From positions 29,183-93,182 of the forward strand of contig JAAXHJ010000066.1 in the NCBI GenBank assembly GCA_012270965.1: a stretch of DNA of 64,000 bases, in the 5' to 3' direction. The translations under genes were made by a program, and so were the position numbers. Source of the stretch: Candidatus Palauibacter poriticola (GTDB taxonomy: Bacteria; Gemmatimonadota; Gemmatimonadetes; Palauibacterales; Palauibacteraceae). The notes beneath the pieces are model-generated. The model made no database searches, had not been told where the DNA came from, and was given only the letters and a program-made list of their open reading frames with translations. This document shows, piece by piece, positions 30,031 through 38,676 of the stretch (positions are counted from its first letter, which is position 1; every line of letters begins with the position of its first letter).

Positions 30031-30056
30031 CCCCCCACGAGGAGAAACACACGCCG

Positions 30057-30485
30057 ATGAGCCGCACGCGCGCGCGCCTGGTCCGAGAAGCTGCGGCGCG
30101 CGGAAAGTACGCGCCGCTCTACACCCACCTCTCGGTTCGCGCGGGACGAGAGTGGCGGGCCACGTTCGCGGAAATCGAGCGAATCCTCGGTTTCCGTCTG
30201 CCTCCCTCCGCCCGCCTTCACAGGCCATGGTGGTCGAACCCGGGGCGCGGCGGCGGGCCACAGCCTCGCGCGCTTGCCTGGAGCGCGGCGGGCTGGAGGA
30301 CGGGGTCGGTGGATCTGGAAGCCGAGACGCTGGTCTTCTCCCGGATCGGCAGGCCGACGAATCGTGACCGCGACCCGTCGAGCGAGCAACCCCCGCGCAG
30401 GCGATTCACCGTTGACGACATCTTCACGCCGCACGATCCCGGCCCGACCCGGATGCCGCGCGGCGTCCCTACCCGGGGAGGTTGA
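30057..30485 (+). CDS. conserved hypothetical protein
   Basis: ATG with GAGGAG upstream; motif FAEIERILGFRLPPSARLHRPWWSNP; GTG at 30027 is the alternative start. Confidence 0.55.
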   Translation: MSRTRARLVREAAARGKYAPLYTHLSVRAGREWRATFAEIERILGFRLPPSARLHRPWWSNPGRGGGPQPRALAWSAAGWRTGSVDLEAETLVFSRIGRPTNRDRDPSSEQPPRRRFTVDDIFTPHDPGPTRMPRGVPTRGG

Positions 30486-31596
30486 GGAAGGCGAGCCCGA
30501 GGAGGACGTACACGGCGAGGAGGAGCACACCCTCCATCCAGTGCGTCTTGCCGTCACCGGCGATCTGCCCGACGACGAGGACGGAGGCCGCGACCGCCAC
30601 GACTTCCAGCGGAGAGAAGACGAGGTCCATCGGCTCCGGCCCGATCGCGTAGGAGAGGAAGACGAGGAGCGGGGCGATGAGGAGGGCGATCTGGAGGGAC
30701 GACCCCACCGCGATCTGAATCGACAGGTCCATCTTGTTCCGCAGGGCGACGAGTACGGCGGTCGAATGCTCCGCCGCGTTGCCGACGAGGGCGACGACGA
30801 TCACCCCCACGAAGACCTCGGTCATCCCCAGGGCGTGGGCCGCCTCCTCCGCCCCCCCGACGAGAATCTCGCTCATCCAACCCACGAGCGCGGCCGCGCC
30901 GACGAGGACCGCAAACGACTTTCCCTTCGACCACGCGGGAGCCGCGTGCGCTTCGCCAGCGGGGTGCGCCGTTCCCTGATAGAGATCCGCGTGCGTCCGC
31001 AGCGCGAAAACGAGCGAGAGGACGTAGCAGACGATGAGGACGACGGAGATCTCGAGGCTCAGCGATCCCGATCCGGCCGCCGCCGCCGCTCCCGCCTCCG
31101 TGGCCGCCGCCGCCCCCGGCACCGATCCGGCCCGAAGAAAGTGAAGTAGCGACGGAATGACGAGGCCGACCGCGCTCAGCAGGAGGAGCGTGGCGCCCAG
31201 CTTGGCCGCGGTGCGGTTGAAGATCTGAGTCCGGAACCTCAGGCCTCCGAGCAGCGCGCTGAGTCCGAAGATGAGGAGGATGTTCCCGATGATCGACCCC
31301 GTGAGCGACGCCTTCACCAAGTCGTGCAGGCCCGCTCTGAGGGCGAAGATCGCGATGATCAGCTCCGCAGCGTTCCCGAACGTCGCGTTCAGCAGTCCTC
31401 CGAGACCGGCGCCCACGTGCTCGGCCAGCATCTCGGTGGATTTCCCCATGATCCCGGCGAGGGGAACGATCGCGACTGCGGAGGTAAGAAAGAGCGTGGT
31501 CGCCGACGCGTGGACGACGTACTCGAGAACGAGCGTGACGGGGACGAAGACGAGAACGAGCAGGAGAACCTGGTCCGCCTTCAACTTGAGAGCCAA
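30469..31596 (-). CDS. Ca2+/H+ antiporter (CaCA/ChaA family)
   Basis: Duplicated alpha-repeat motifs GNAAELIIA and GNAAEHSTA; 10-11 TM helices; TTG start with AGGAGG SD, chosen because the first M at 31704 overlaps tRNA-Cys. Confidence 0.8.
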   Translation of the reverse strand: MALKLKADQVLLLVLVFVPVTLVLEYVVHASATTLFLTSAVAIVPLAGIMGKSTEMLAEHVGAGLGGLLNATFGNAAELIIAIFALRAGLHDLVKASLTGSIIGNILLIFGLSALLGGLRFRTQIFNRTAAKLGATLLLLSAVGLVIPSLLHFLRAGSVPGAAAATEAGAAAAAGSGSLSLEISVVLIVCYVLSLVFALRTHADLYQGTAHPAGEAHAAPAWSKGKSFAVLVGAAALVGWMSEILVGGAEEAAHALGMTEVFVGVIVVALVGNAAEHSTAVLVALRNKMDLSIQIAVGSSLQIALLIAPLLVFLSYAIGPEPMDLVFSPLEVVAVAASVLVVGQIAGDGKTHWMEGVLLLAVYVLLGLAFLNLPG

Positions 31597-31647
31597 CCCG
31601 TGCTCCTCCTGTGTTCGCCGGAGCTGCGAAGGGGGATCCAAGGAAAG

Positions 31648-31718
31648 AGGCGCCGTCCGGATTCGAACCGGAGTAGGGGGCTTTGCAGGCCCCTGCCTAA
31701 CCACTCGGCCACGGCGCC
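31648..31718 (-). tRNA. tRNA-Cys (anticodon GCA)
   Basis: Minus-strand GGCGCCGTGGCCGAGTGGTTAGGCAGGGGCCTGCAAAGCCCCCTACTCCGGTTCGAATCCGGACGGCGCCT; anticodon loop CUGCAAA. Confidence 0.85.
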
Positions 31719-31819
31719 GGAGTTCGCATAGCCTAAGGGAGCGACCACGCGGACGCTACCGCCCGGAGCTTCTCTGTCGGGAGGTTCTCCATCGCGCCCC
31801 GGCCTGCTATACTCGCGCG

Positions 31820-33517
31820 ATGCTCCCGCCGACCCATCGCACCCTTCCGGTCCTTCTCGCTTTCGTCTCCGCGGCCGCGGCTCCCATCCATCTGGCCGGG
31901 CAGTTCAGCGACGCCCGACTGCCGCGGCAGGGGAAGCTGTGGCTCACCGTCGGGCCGACCCTGCTGAACTGGTCCGAACAGTTCGCCCTCGACTCGGACG
32001 CGGGGATCGCCGAGGGGGAGCGCGAGCCGCTTGCCGCCCACTTCGACGGTCCGCTCGCCCGCCGCATGTTCCCCGCCCCCCTCGCCCTCATCCAGGAACT
32101 CAACGGCAATGCGGAGGCGCTTGGCTTCGACCCCGTAAGCGAGGACGACTTCTCGTTCGGCGGGCTCGACTTCTCGGCCATGCGGGCGCAGGTGCGCCGA
32201 CTCGCACTCGGCGTCGAGGTCGGCGTCCTCGATTGGGCCAGCGTGGGGGCCCGGGCCCCGTTCACGCTCACGGACATGACGGTGGGCTTCGCCTTCGACT
32301 CCACCGCGACCGTGACCGGAAACGGCGCGGCCTTCGAGTCCGGCGCACCCTTTATCGCGGACGCGCAACGCGCGCTCGGCGATCTCGGTTCGCTGATCGA
32401 CGGTGGTTCTCTGACGGGAGCCGCTCTCGAGGAGGCGATCGCGCTCCGGAGCGCCACGCGGAACTTCGTCAACACTCTGGGGCGGCGGGCCGCCGACGGA
32501 GCCCTGATTCCGACCGCTTCCAGCGCCGCGGGAACCCAGATGGCGCAACGCTTCGCGGATTACGCGGCGGCGTTCGACGCGCTCGGCCTGACTTTGCCGG
32601 AGCTTTCCCTGCCCGAGTTCGCGACGGAGGATGACTTTGACACGTTGTTCCTGAGCCAAGGCTTCGCCGATCGACTGCCGAGGGATAGCAGGAACGAACT
32701 CGATCTGGGAGAGGTCGAGGTTTTCGTGCGCGTGAACCTCATCGACGGCATCACGCGCCGAAGGCCGGTCCCGGGGCCGAGCGCCGATGGGGGCGCGGGG
32801 TCCGGTGCGGACGCCGGGTCTGATCCGGGCGCGGGGTTCGATCCGGACGCGGATTCGGAACGCGGCATTCGGTTCCGTACGAGCGTGGGCGGCCTGGCCC
32901 GGCTTCCTATCCGAAACCGCAACCTGACGATCTTCGGAGACCCGTCGAATTCGGCGGACCTACCGATCGGAGACGGCCAGACGGACATCGAACTGGCGTT
33001 GTATCAGGATATCGCCTTCGGGAGCCTCTTCATGATCCGCGCCTCCGCCCGCTACGGCATGCAGCGCCCCGACGAGGCGGTGTTCCGCTTCACTCCCCCG
33101 GACCGCCCCTACGGGCAGGAGGACCTGGTGGCGCTGATGCGGCGGGATCTGGGCGACTACCTCGCGGTGTTGGTCCGCCCTTCCCTTCGCTTCAACTCCG
33201 CCCTCAGCGTGGGGATCGAGTACGACTACTTCCGGATGCCCGCACCCACCTACCAGTTCGCCGGGATGGTCGAGGGGCCGGACCCGAACACGGTGGCGGC
33301 GGAGGGCGCGCAGACCCGCCATCGGCTGGGAGTCGGGTTCCTCATCGATCTCTCCGAGGCCGGGGGCGTCGAGGAGCTGCATGAGGGGGTAAGGCCCGTG
33401 CGCGGCGCATGGCAGTTCGGTATCTCGCTGCGCCGGTCAATCTCGGGCTCCGGGGGCCGAACGCCGGCCTCCTTCCGCTACGGCGCCGAACTCCGCTTCC
33501 CGATCAACATCTTCTAG
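31820..33517 (+). CDS. secreted hypothetical protein, probably an outer-membrane beta-barrel
   Basis: Signal MLPPTHRTLPVLLAFVSAAAAPIHLAGQ; ends ...RYGAELRFPINIF (C-terminal Phe, alternating hydrophobic beta-strand pattern). Confidence 0.65.
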   Translation: MLPPTHRTLPVLLAFVSAAAAPIHLAGQFSDARLPRQGKLWLTVGPTLLNWSEQFALDSDAGIAEGEREPLAAHFDGPLARRMFPAPLALIQELNGNAEALGFDPVSEDDFSFGGLDFSAMRAQVRRLALGVEVGVLDWASVGARAPFTLTDMTVGFAFDSTATVTGNGAAFESGAPFIADAQRALGDLGSLIDGGSLTGAALEEAIALRSATRNFVNTLGRRAADGALIPTASSAAGTQMAQRFADYAAAFDALGLTLPELSLPEFATEDDFDTLFLSQGFADRLPRDSRNELDLGEVEVFVRVNLIDGITRRRPVPGPSADGGAGSGADAGSDPGAGFDPDADSERGIRFRTSVGGLARLPIRNRNLTIFGDPSNSADLPIGDGQTDIELALYQDIAFGSLFMIRASARYGMQRPDEAVFRFTPPDRPYGQEDLVALMRRDLGDYLAVLVRPSLRFNSALSVGIEYDYFRMPAPTYQFAGMVEGPDPNTVAAEGAQTRHRLGVGFLIDLSEAGGVEELHEGVRPVRGAWQFGISLRRSISGSGGRTPASFRYGAELRFPINIF

Positions 33518-33785
33518 ACTGCGGCCGCGGAGGTCCGTCTCCCACTTCCACGCCGCCGCGGCGGTCCGTCTCCCGCTTCCACGCCGCCGCGGCGGCGGCG
33601 GGCGACCGGAGCGCACCGCCCCGCGAACCCCATCGATGGTGCATCCGCCGGACGTTGCAGTTACGATTCTCGGGCTGATCGTGCCGTACAGGGAGTGGCC
33701 GCGACCGTTACCGATGCCAGCGCGTGAATCGTGCCAAACGCGTCGGATCCGGATCAATTGGCACCCCCATCTTCGGCTCGTCCGA

Positions 33786-34414
33786 ATGGTGAGATTCGGG
33801 AGAGGGCGTATCCGGCCAGCGTTGCTGCTCGCCCTGCTCGCTTGTGGCGACTCCTCCGCCACATCACCCGCCCCACCACCAACTCCTCTGTCGCGGCGAC
33901 CGCCGGAGGCGTATCCGGTAGCGCGACCGTGACCGTGTCGCAGTCGGTGGCGTCCGTGGTCGTGCTTCCGGCGGCGGACACGCTGTCGGTGGGTGACTCG
34001 CTGCGGCTGGTGGCGGAGGCGCGCGACGGCAACGGCCATCCGGTAAAGGGAACAGCCTTCGCGTGGAGCTCGAGCGATGAGGCGGTGGCGGCGGTGGACG
34101 AGGGCGGGCTGGTTCGGGCGCTGGCGACCGGGACGCCGGAGATCGCCGCCGCGTACGAGACCGCCTCCGGGGGCATCGCCGCCACGGCCGCAATCGTCGT
34201 GCTCCAACCCGCATCCCATGCCGACCGGGCCGCGCTGGAGGCCCTGTATCGCGCGACGGGCCGAGTGCGCGCCATACTCCGCGGCCAACCCGCCGTCGTG
34301 GCCGCCTCGGCGACCGCCGATGTCGCGCGCGGCTCCCTCGTGCCGGGGCGGGACTTGGAAATCCTCTTCAGCCGAGGTCTCCCGCTTCCGAAGCCCCGAC
34401 CGCCTCGAAGGTGA
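33786..34414 (+). pseudogene. disrupted lipoprotein gene (signal, Pro-rich linker, Big_2 domain, start of an LRR prefix), paralogous to 50466..54407
   Basis: Lipoprotein signal MVRFGRGRIRPALLLALLACGDSS and PAPPPTP in one frame; the Big_2 domain (VVVLPAADTLSVGDSLRLVAEARDGNGHPVKGTAFAWSSSDEAVAAVDEGGLVRALATG) is in another; then DRAALEALYRATG (compare DRDALEALYYATDGPNW in the intact paralog), after which the sequence degenerates. Confidence 0.55.
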
Positions 34415-34471
34415 CGCCGGCAGCGGCAGACGACCGCCGGAAACATTGTCGCCGCCGACGAGCCGCTCGAA

Positions 34472-34830
34472 GTGGTAGACCAGTCTCAGGCCCGGATCGT
34501 GTGGATGGGCGAGGAGCCGCTGGCGGTGGGACGCCCCTACCGGCTGAAGCTGCATACGCGCGAAGTGGGCGCCACGGTCACGCGCACCAGGCACCGGTTG
34601 GACGTGTCCGACGGTCGCGAACCTGTTGGAAAGGCGCCTCGCGGTCGAGGGTCGTCACACCTACCTGCTGGACGGCGCCAACGTGCGCCAGGTCTCAACC
34701 GGGACCTCGGCTTCACCGAGAGGGACCGCATCGACAACATTCGCCGGGTGTCCGAGGTGGCCCCCGTGTTCGTTGACGCGCCTCTTAAGGGAGTAGGCGC
34801 GAGGCGGTTCGCGCCACCGGCCGGTGAAGG
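34472..34830 (+). pseudogene. cysN/cysC (sulfate adenylyltransferase/APS kinase) gene remnant with a 1-bp deletion
   Basis: Only CysN C-terminal-like IVWMGEEPLAVGRPYRLKLHTREVGATV and the APS-kinase core motif TYLLDGANVRQ|GLNRDLGFTERDRIDNIRRVSEV, split between frames at cgccag|gtctc (expected cgccacggtctc). Confidence 0.55.
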
Positions 34831-34874
34831 CCGCACGGCACGCGGCAGGTTCGACATGGGCGGCGTCGCCGGCG

Positions 34875-36539
34875 TTACAATTGGCCTGCGAGCAACTCCT
34901 CCGCGTGGGCACGCGAGGCGCGGCTCGCGGGGTCGCCTCCGAGCATGCGGGCGACTTCCTGGACGCGCTCTCCGCCGGTGAGCACCCGGACCGATGCCCG
35001 CGCGCCCTCGGCCTCCGTGACCTTTCCGATGGAATAGTGGGCGTCGGCGCGCGCCGCGATCTGCGCGAGATGCGTGACGACAAGCACCTGATGCGCGGCC
35101 GAAAGCCGCACGAGCCGGCCCGCGACGCGATGCGCCACCTCGCCCCCGATCCCCGCGTCGATCTCGTCGAACACGAGCACCGGCAGGTTGTCCACCTCGA
35201 TGAGGGCGGTCTCGAGCGCGAGCATGAGGCGGCTCATCTCTCCCCCGGAGGCGACGCGTCGCAGCGGTGCCGAAGGGAAACCCGGATTCAGGGAGATGAG
35301 AAACTCCACGCGTTCGGCACCCGTCCCCCGGATCTCGCCGAAGGCGTCGAGCGCGATCTCGAGACGGCCGCCGCGGAGACCGAGTTCCGGGAGCGCCGCC
35401 GTCACGGCCTCGGCGAGCGCGCGGGCGGAGGCGCGGCGCCGTTCGGAGAGTTCGGAGGCCAGCGCGGCCAGTTCGGCGGACACCGCCTCCCTCGCCGCTT
35501 CGAGGCGCTCGATCTCGTCGTCGACGCCCCGCACGGTCTCCAACTCACGCCGCGCCTCCTCGCCCGCGCGGATCACATCCTCCAGCGTGCCGCCGTACTT
35601 GCGCTTGAGCCGGTAGAGGAGATCCTGCCGGACCCGAATTTCGTCGAGCCGTCGGGGGTCGTGCTCGATCGAGTCGCGGTAGGGAGCCAGGTTCCGCCCC
35701 AGTTCCTCCACGTTTCGGAGGGCGGCCACGATCAGGTCGCGGAATGGATCCGCCTCGCGGTCGATTGCGACGAGGGCCTCGAGGCGGGCCGCGAACTCGC
35801 CCAGTTGGTCGACGATCGACCCCTCGGCCTCGTACAGCCGGTGATGGAGCGAACCCGACAGTTCGATCAGCTCTTCGGAATGTGCGAGGCGGTGGGCCTC
35901 CGACTCGAGCGCCTCATCCTCGTTCGGTTCAAGCCCGGCTCGCGAGATCTCGTCCCGCTTGAAGCGCAGGTAGTCCGCCCGCTCACGCCCCTCCCGCGCG
36001 GCGCGGCGCGTGGCCTCGAGACGCCGCTCGATGGAGCGTAGCCCCTCGTATGCGGCCTCCGTCTGGGAGGCCAGCCCCCCGTGCCGACCATAGGCGTCGA
36101 GAATCCGCCGCTGCCAGGCGCGGTTTAGGAGCCGCTGGTGATCGTGCTGCCCGTGGAGGTCGAGGAGCCGGCCCCCGAACTCGCGCAGCCTTCCCGCCGT
36201 GGACGGCGAACCGTTCACCCATGCCCTGTGCCGGCCCTTGCGCCGCAACTCGCGACGCAGAATGAGCCATCCATCTTCATGATCGACACCAGCCTCCTCG
36301 CACAGCGTCCGCAGCCCCGCGAGGTCCTCGATCTCGAAACGGCCCTCGACGCGGGCGGTTCCGGAGCCCGCCCGGATCATGTCCGGCCCCGGCCGCCCTC
36401 CGACGAGGAGTGCGAGCGCTTCGACGAGGAGGGATTTCCCCGCGCCCGTCTCGCCGCTGAGCACGCTGAGGCCCGGTCCGAACTCAAGCGTGGCCTCCTC
36501 AACGACGGCGAAGTTCCGGACGCGAAGCTCCCTCAGCAC
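34875..36539 (-). CDS. recN: DNA repair protein RecN
   Basis: VLRELRVRNFAVVEEATLEFGPGLSVLSGETGAGKS (Walker A); long coiled coils; C-terminal SGGE signature; GTG start just after the nadK stop. Confidence 0.85.
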   Translation of the reverse strand: MLRELRVRNFAVVEEATLEFGPGLSVLSGETGAGKSLLVEALALLVGGRPGPDMIRAGSGTARVEGRFEIEDLAGLRTLCEEAGVDHEDGWLILRRELRRKGRHRAWVNGSPSTAGRLREFGGRLLDLHGQHDHQRLLNRAWQRRILDAYGRHGGLASQTEAAYEGLRSIERRLEATRRAAREGRERADYLRFKRDEISRAGLEPNEDEALESEAHRLAHSEELIELSGSLHHRLYEAEGSIVDQLGEFAARLEALVAIDREADPFRDLIVAALRNVEELGRNLAPYRDSIEHDPRRLDEIRVRQDLLYRLKRKYGGTLEDVIRAGEEARRELETVRGVDDEIERLEAAREAVSAELAALASELSERRRASARALAEAVTAALPELGLRGGRLEIALDAFGEIRGTGAERVEFLISLNPGFPSAPLRRVASGGEMSRLMLALETALIEVDNLPVLVFDEIDAGIGGEVAHRVAGRLVRLSAAHQVLVVTHLAQIAARADAHYSIGKVTEAEGARASVRVLTGGERVQEVARMLGGDPASRASRAHAEELLAGQL

Positions 36540-36540
36540 G

Positions 36541-37437
36541 CTAGCCCTTGTCTCCCCCGGACGGGGGCGTTGGGTGCTCCCGGACATCTCCCCACCGCAG
36601 CTTTCGCCTCAGGACGGTAAAGAACGAATGGCCGGGGAGCCGGACCAAGCCCACGGCGTGCCTCGAGCGGAAGACTTCCACGCGGTCCCCCACCGAGAGA
36701 AGGCAGCCGGGCTGTCCGTCGACGGTCAGTTGCAGGTCGTGGTCCCCCGAGAGGAGTTCGACGGAGATCCTCGTGTCTCCCGAAAACACGACCGGGCGCA
36801 CGGCCAGAGTGTGCGGAGAAATCGGCGTGGCGACGATGCTCTCCATCGTCGGCGAGACGATGGGGCCGCCCGCGGAGAGGCTGTAGGCCGTCGAGCCCGT
36901 CGCCGTGGCGAGGATGATGCCATCCGCACTGTAATGTCCCACTTCGTCGTCGCCAGCCAGCACGCGCAGCCCGATCAGGCGGGCGAAGCCGCTCTTGTGG
37001 ATGACGGCATCGTTGATCGCGTAGAAGCTCCGCCCGTCCGGCCCGCCGGATCCGTTCGGAACCACCCGGATGCGGAGGGCGAGCCGCTTCTCGAGCGCGT
37101 ACTCCCCGCTCGCCACCATCGACATCGCCGCCTCAAGTTCATCCTCCGAAACCATCGTGAGAAACCCGAGCCGGCCCAAGTTGCAGCCCAGCAAGGGGAT
37201 CCCGCGGGGCGCCGCCAAGCGAGCCGCCCGCAGCAGCGTCCCATCCCCGCCGAGGGCGAGGACGAGGGCGACGTCCCCCTCGATCTCCTCCGGCGAGGCG
37301 GAGTCGCGTCCGGCCTTCCCTGCGAGCGGCGGCTCGAAAACGAGAGAGACCCCGAGGTCGTCCGCTCTCCGCTCGACGCGCCGAAGGAGCGGCTCCAGTT
37401 CCGGGTGATCGGCGTTGCCGATGATGAGGAACTTCAC
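36541..37437 (-). CDS. nadK: NAD+ kinase
   Basis: GGDGT motif (LALGGDGTLLRAA) and NE/DGxxxxTxxGSTAYSxSAGGP motif; GTG start VKFLIIGN. Confidence 0.85.
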   Translation of the reverse strand: MKFLIIGNADHPELEPLLRRVERRADDLGVSLVFEPPLAGKAGRDSASPEEIEGDVALVLALGGDGTLLRAARLAAPRGIPLLGCNLGRLGFLTMVSEDELEAAMSMVASGEYALEKRLALRIRVVPNGSGGPDGRSFYAINDAVIHKSGFARLIGLRVLAGDDEVGHYSADGIILATATGSTAYSLSAGGPIVSPTMESIVATPISPHTLAVRPVVFSGDTRISVELLSGDHDLQLTVDGQPGCLLSVGDRVEVFRSRHAVGLVRLPGHSFFTVLRRKLRWGDVREHPTPPSGGDKG

Positions 37438-37444
37438 GGGCCGC

Positions 37445-38350
37445 TCAACGGTCGCGCTCGAGAACGAGGCGTCCGATTTCGCGCAGCCGGTCCGCACCCG
37501 CGAGAGGTGAAACCTCGCCGAGTGCCTCGCGGCCGAGCTCCTCCGCGCGCGCCCTTGCCTCATCCAGACCGAGGACCGATGGCGCCGTCGCCTTTCCCAA
37601 GGCTTCGTCCCGCCCTCCGATCTTCCCCATCCGGGTCGAGAATCCCGTCACATCGAGGATATCGTCCACCGTTTGGAACGCGAGTCCGATCGCGATCCCG
37701 AAGCGGGTCAGCCGGCCGACCGTCTGCTCGGGCGCCCGGGCCGCGACGCCGCCCATGGTGCAGCAGGCCGCGATGAGGCGGGCGGTCTTGCCGAGATGGA
37801 TGCGCGCGAGCGTGTTGAAGCCGACGCTCTCCTTCTCTGCGAGGAGGTCGAGGAGTTGGCCTCCGACCATGCCGTCGCTGCCGGCCGCGGCGGTGAGGAC
37901 CCCGACGAGCCGGCTCGCGACGCGGTCCGGCAGCTTCAAATCCGCCGCCCCCCCGACCACCGCGCGGATCGCGAGCGGAAGCAGCGCCGCACCCGTCATG
38001 ACCGCGGCGCGCTCCCCGTACCGGACATGCACCGTCGGCCGCCCCCGGCGAAGGTCGTCGTCGTCCATGCAGGGGAGATCATCGTGGATCAGGGAATACG
38101 TGTGGACGAGTTCGGGCCCCAGCGCCACGCGATGAAGCGCGCACGCGCCGTTTCGCACGCCCGGCCCGGCGACGCCGCCCGCGGCTTCCCAAGACCCGAG
38201 GAACAGGAGAGGCCGGATCCTCTTCCCCTTCGCGAGGACGGCGTATCGAATGGATTCCGCGATCGGGCCCGCCCCACGCAGCGTCTCGGACAGCCAGCCC
38301 TCCAGCTCCGCATCGATGGCGGCCCGCATCTCGGACAGCCCGCGGGTCAA
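37445..38350 (-). CDS. ispA: farnesyl/geranylgeranyl diphosphate synthase
   Basis: First Asp-rich motif LIHDDLPCMDDDDLRRG and second motif FQTVDDILD. Confidence 0.85.
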   Translation of the reverse strand: MTRGLSEMRAAIDAELEGWLSETLRGAGPIAESIRYAVLAKGKRIRPLLFLGSWEAAGGVAGPGVRNGACALHRVALGPELVHTYSLIHDDLPCMDDDDLRRGRPTVHVRYGERAAVMTGAALLPLAIRAVVGGAADLKLPDRVASRLVGVLTAAAGSDGMVGGQLLDLLAEKESVGFNTLARIHLGKTARLIAACCTMGGVAARAPEQTVGRLTRFGIAIGLAFQTVDDILDVTGFSTRMGKIGGRDEALGKATAPSVLGLDEARARAEELGREALGEVSPLAGADRLREIGRLVLERDR

Positions 38351-38676
38351 GGTTCGCCGTCCCGCCGGTCCTCCGGCTTGCCGTCCAACGGGTGCTCGGG
38401 CCTGCCGTCCGGCTGGTCGTCCGGCTTGCGGTTGGGCTCTTCCACGCCTTCGAGCGGCTTCGCCGCCAGTCTTCCCGTGGACGAGGCGATGAGTTCCTCG
38501 ACCCGGCCGCTCGCCGTCTCGAGCCAGCGCCGGGCCTCGCCGAGACGCTCGATCCCCTGCTCGAAGAGGGCGATCGCCTCGTCCAGGCCGATGCCCTCCC
38601 GGTCGAGGCGCGCGACGATCCCCTCCAGCTCCCGGATCGCCGCCTCGAATTCGAACTCCGTCGATGGCTCTCTCAT
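38347..38676 (-). CDS. xseB: exodeoxyribonuclease VII small subunit
   Basis: FEFEAAIRELEGIVARLDREGIGLDEAIALFEQGIERL matches the XseB helical hairpin; ATGA overlap with ispA. Confidence 0.8.
   Translation of the reverse strand: MREPSTEFEFEAAIRELEGIVARLDREGIGLDEAIALFEQGIERLGEARRWLETASGRVEELIASSTGRLAAKPLEGVEEPNRKPDDQPDGRPEHPLDGKPEDRRDGEP

Noticed and set aside
34824-36041. 405-aa plus-strand ORF
   Set aside because: Antisense to recN.
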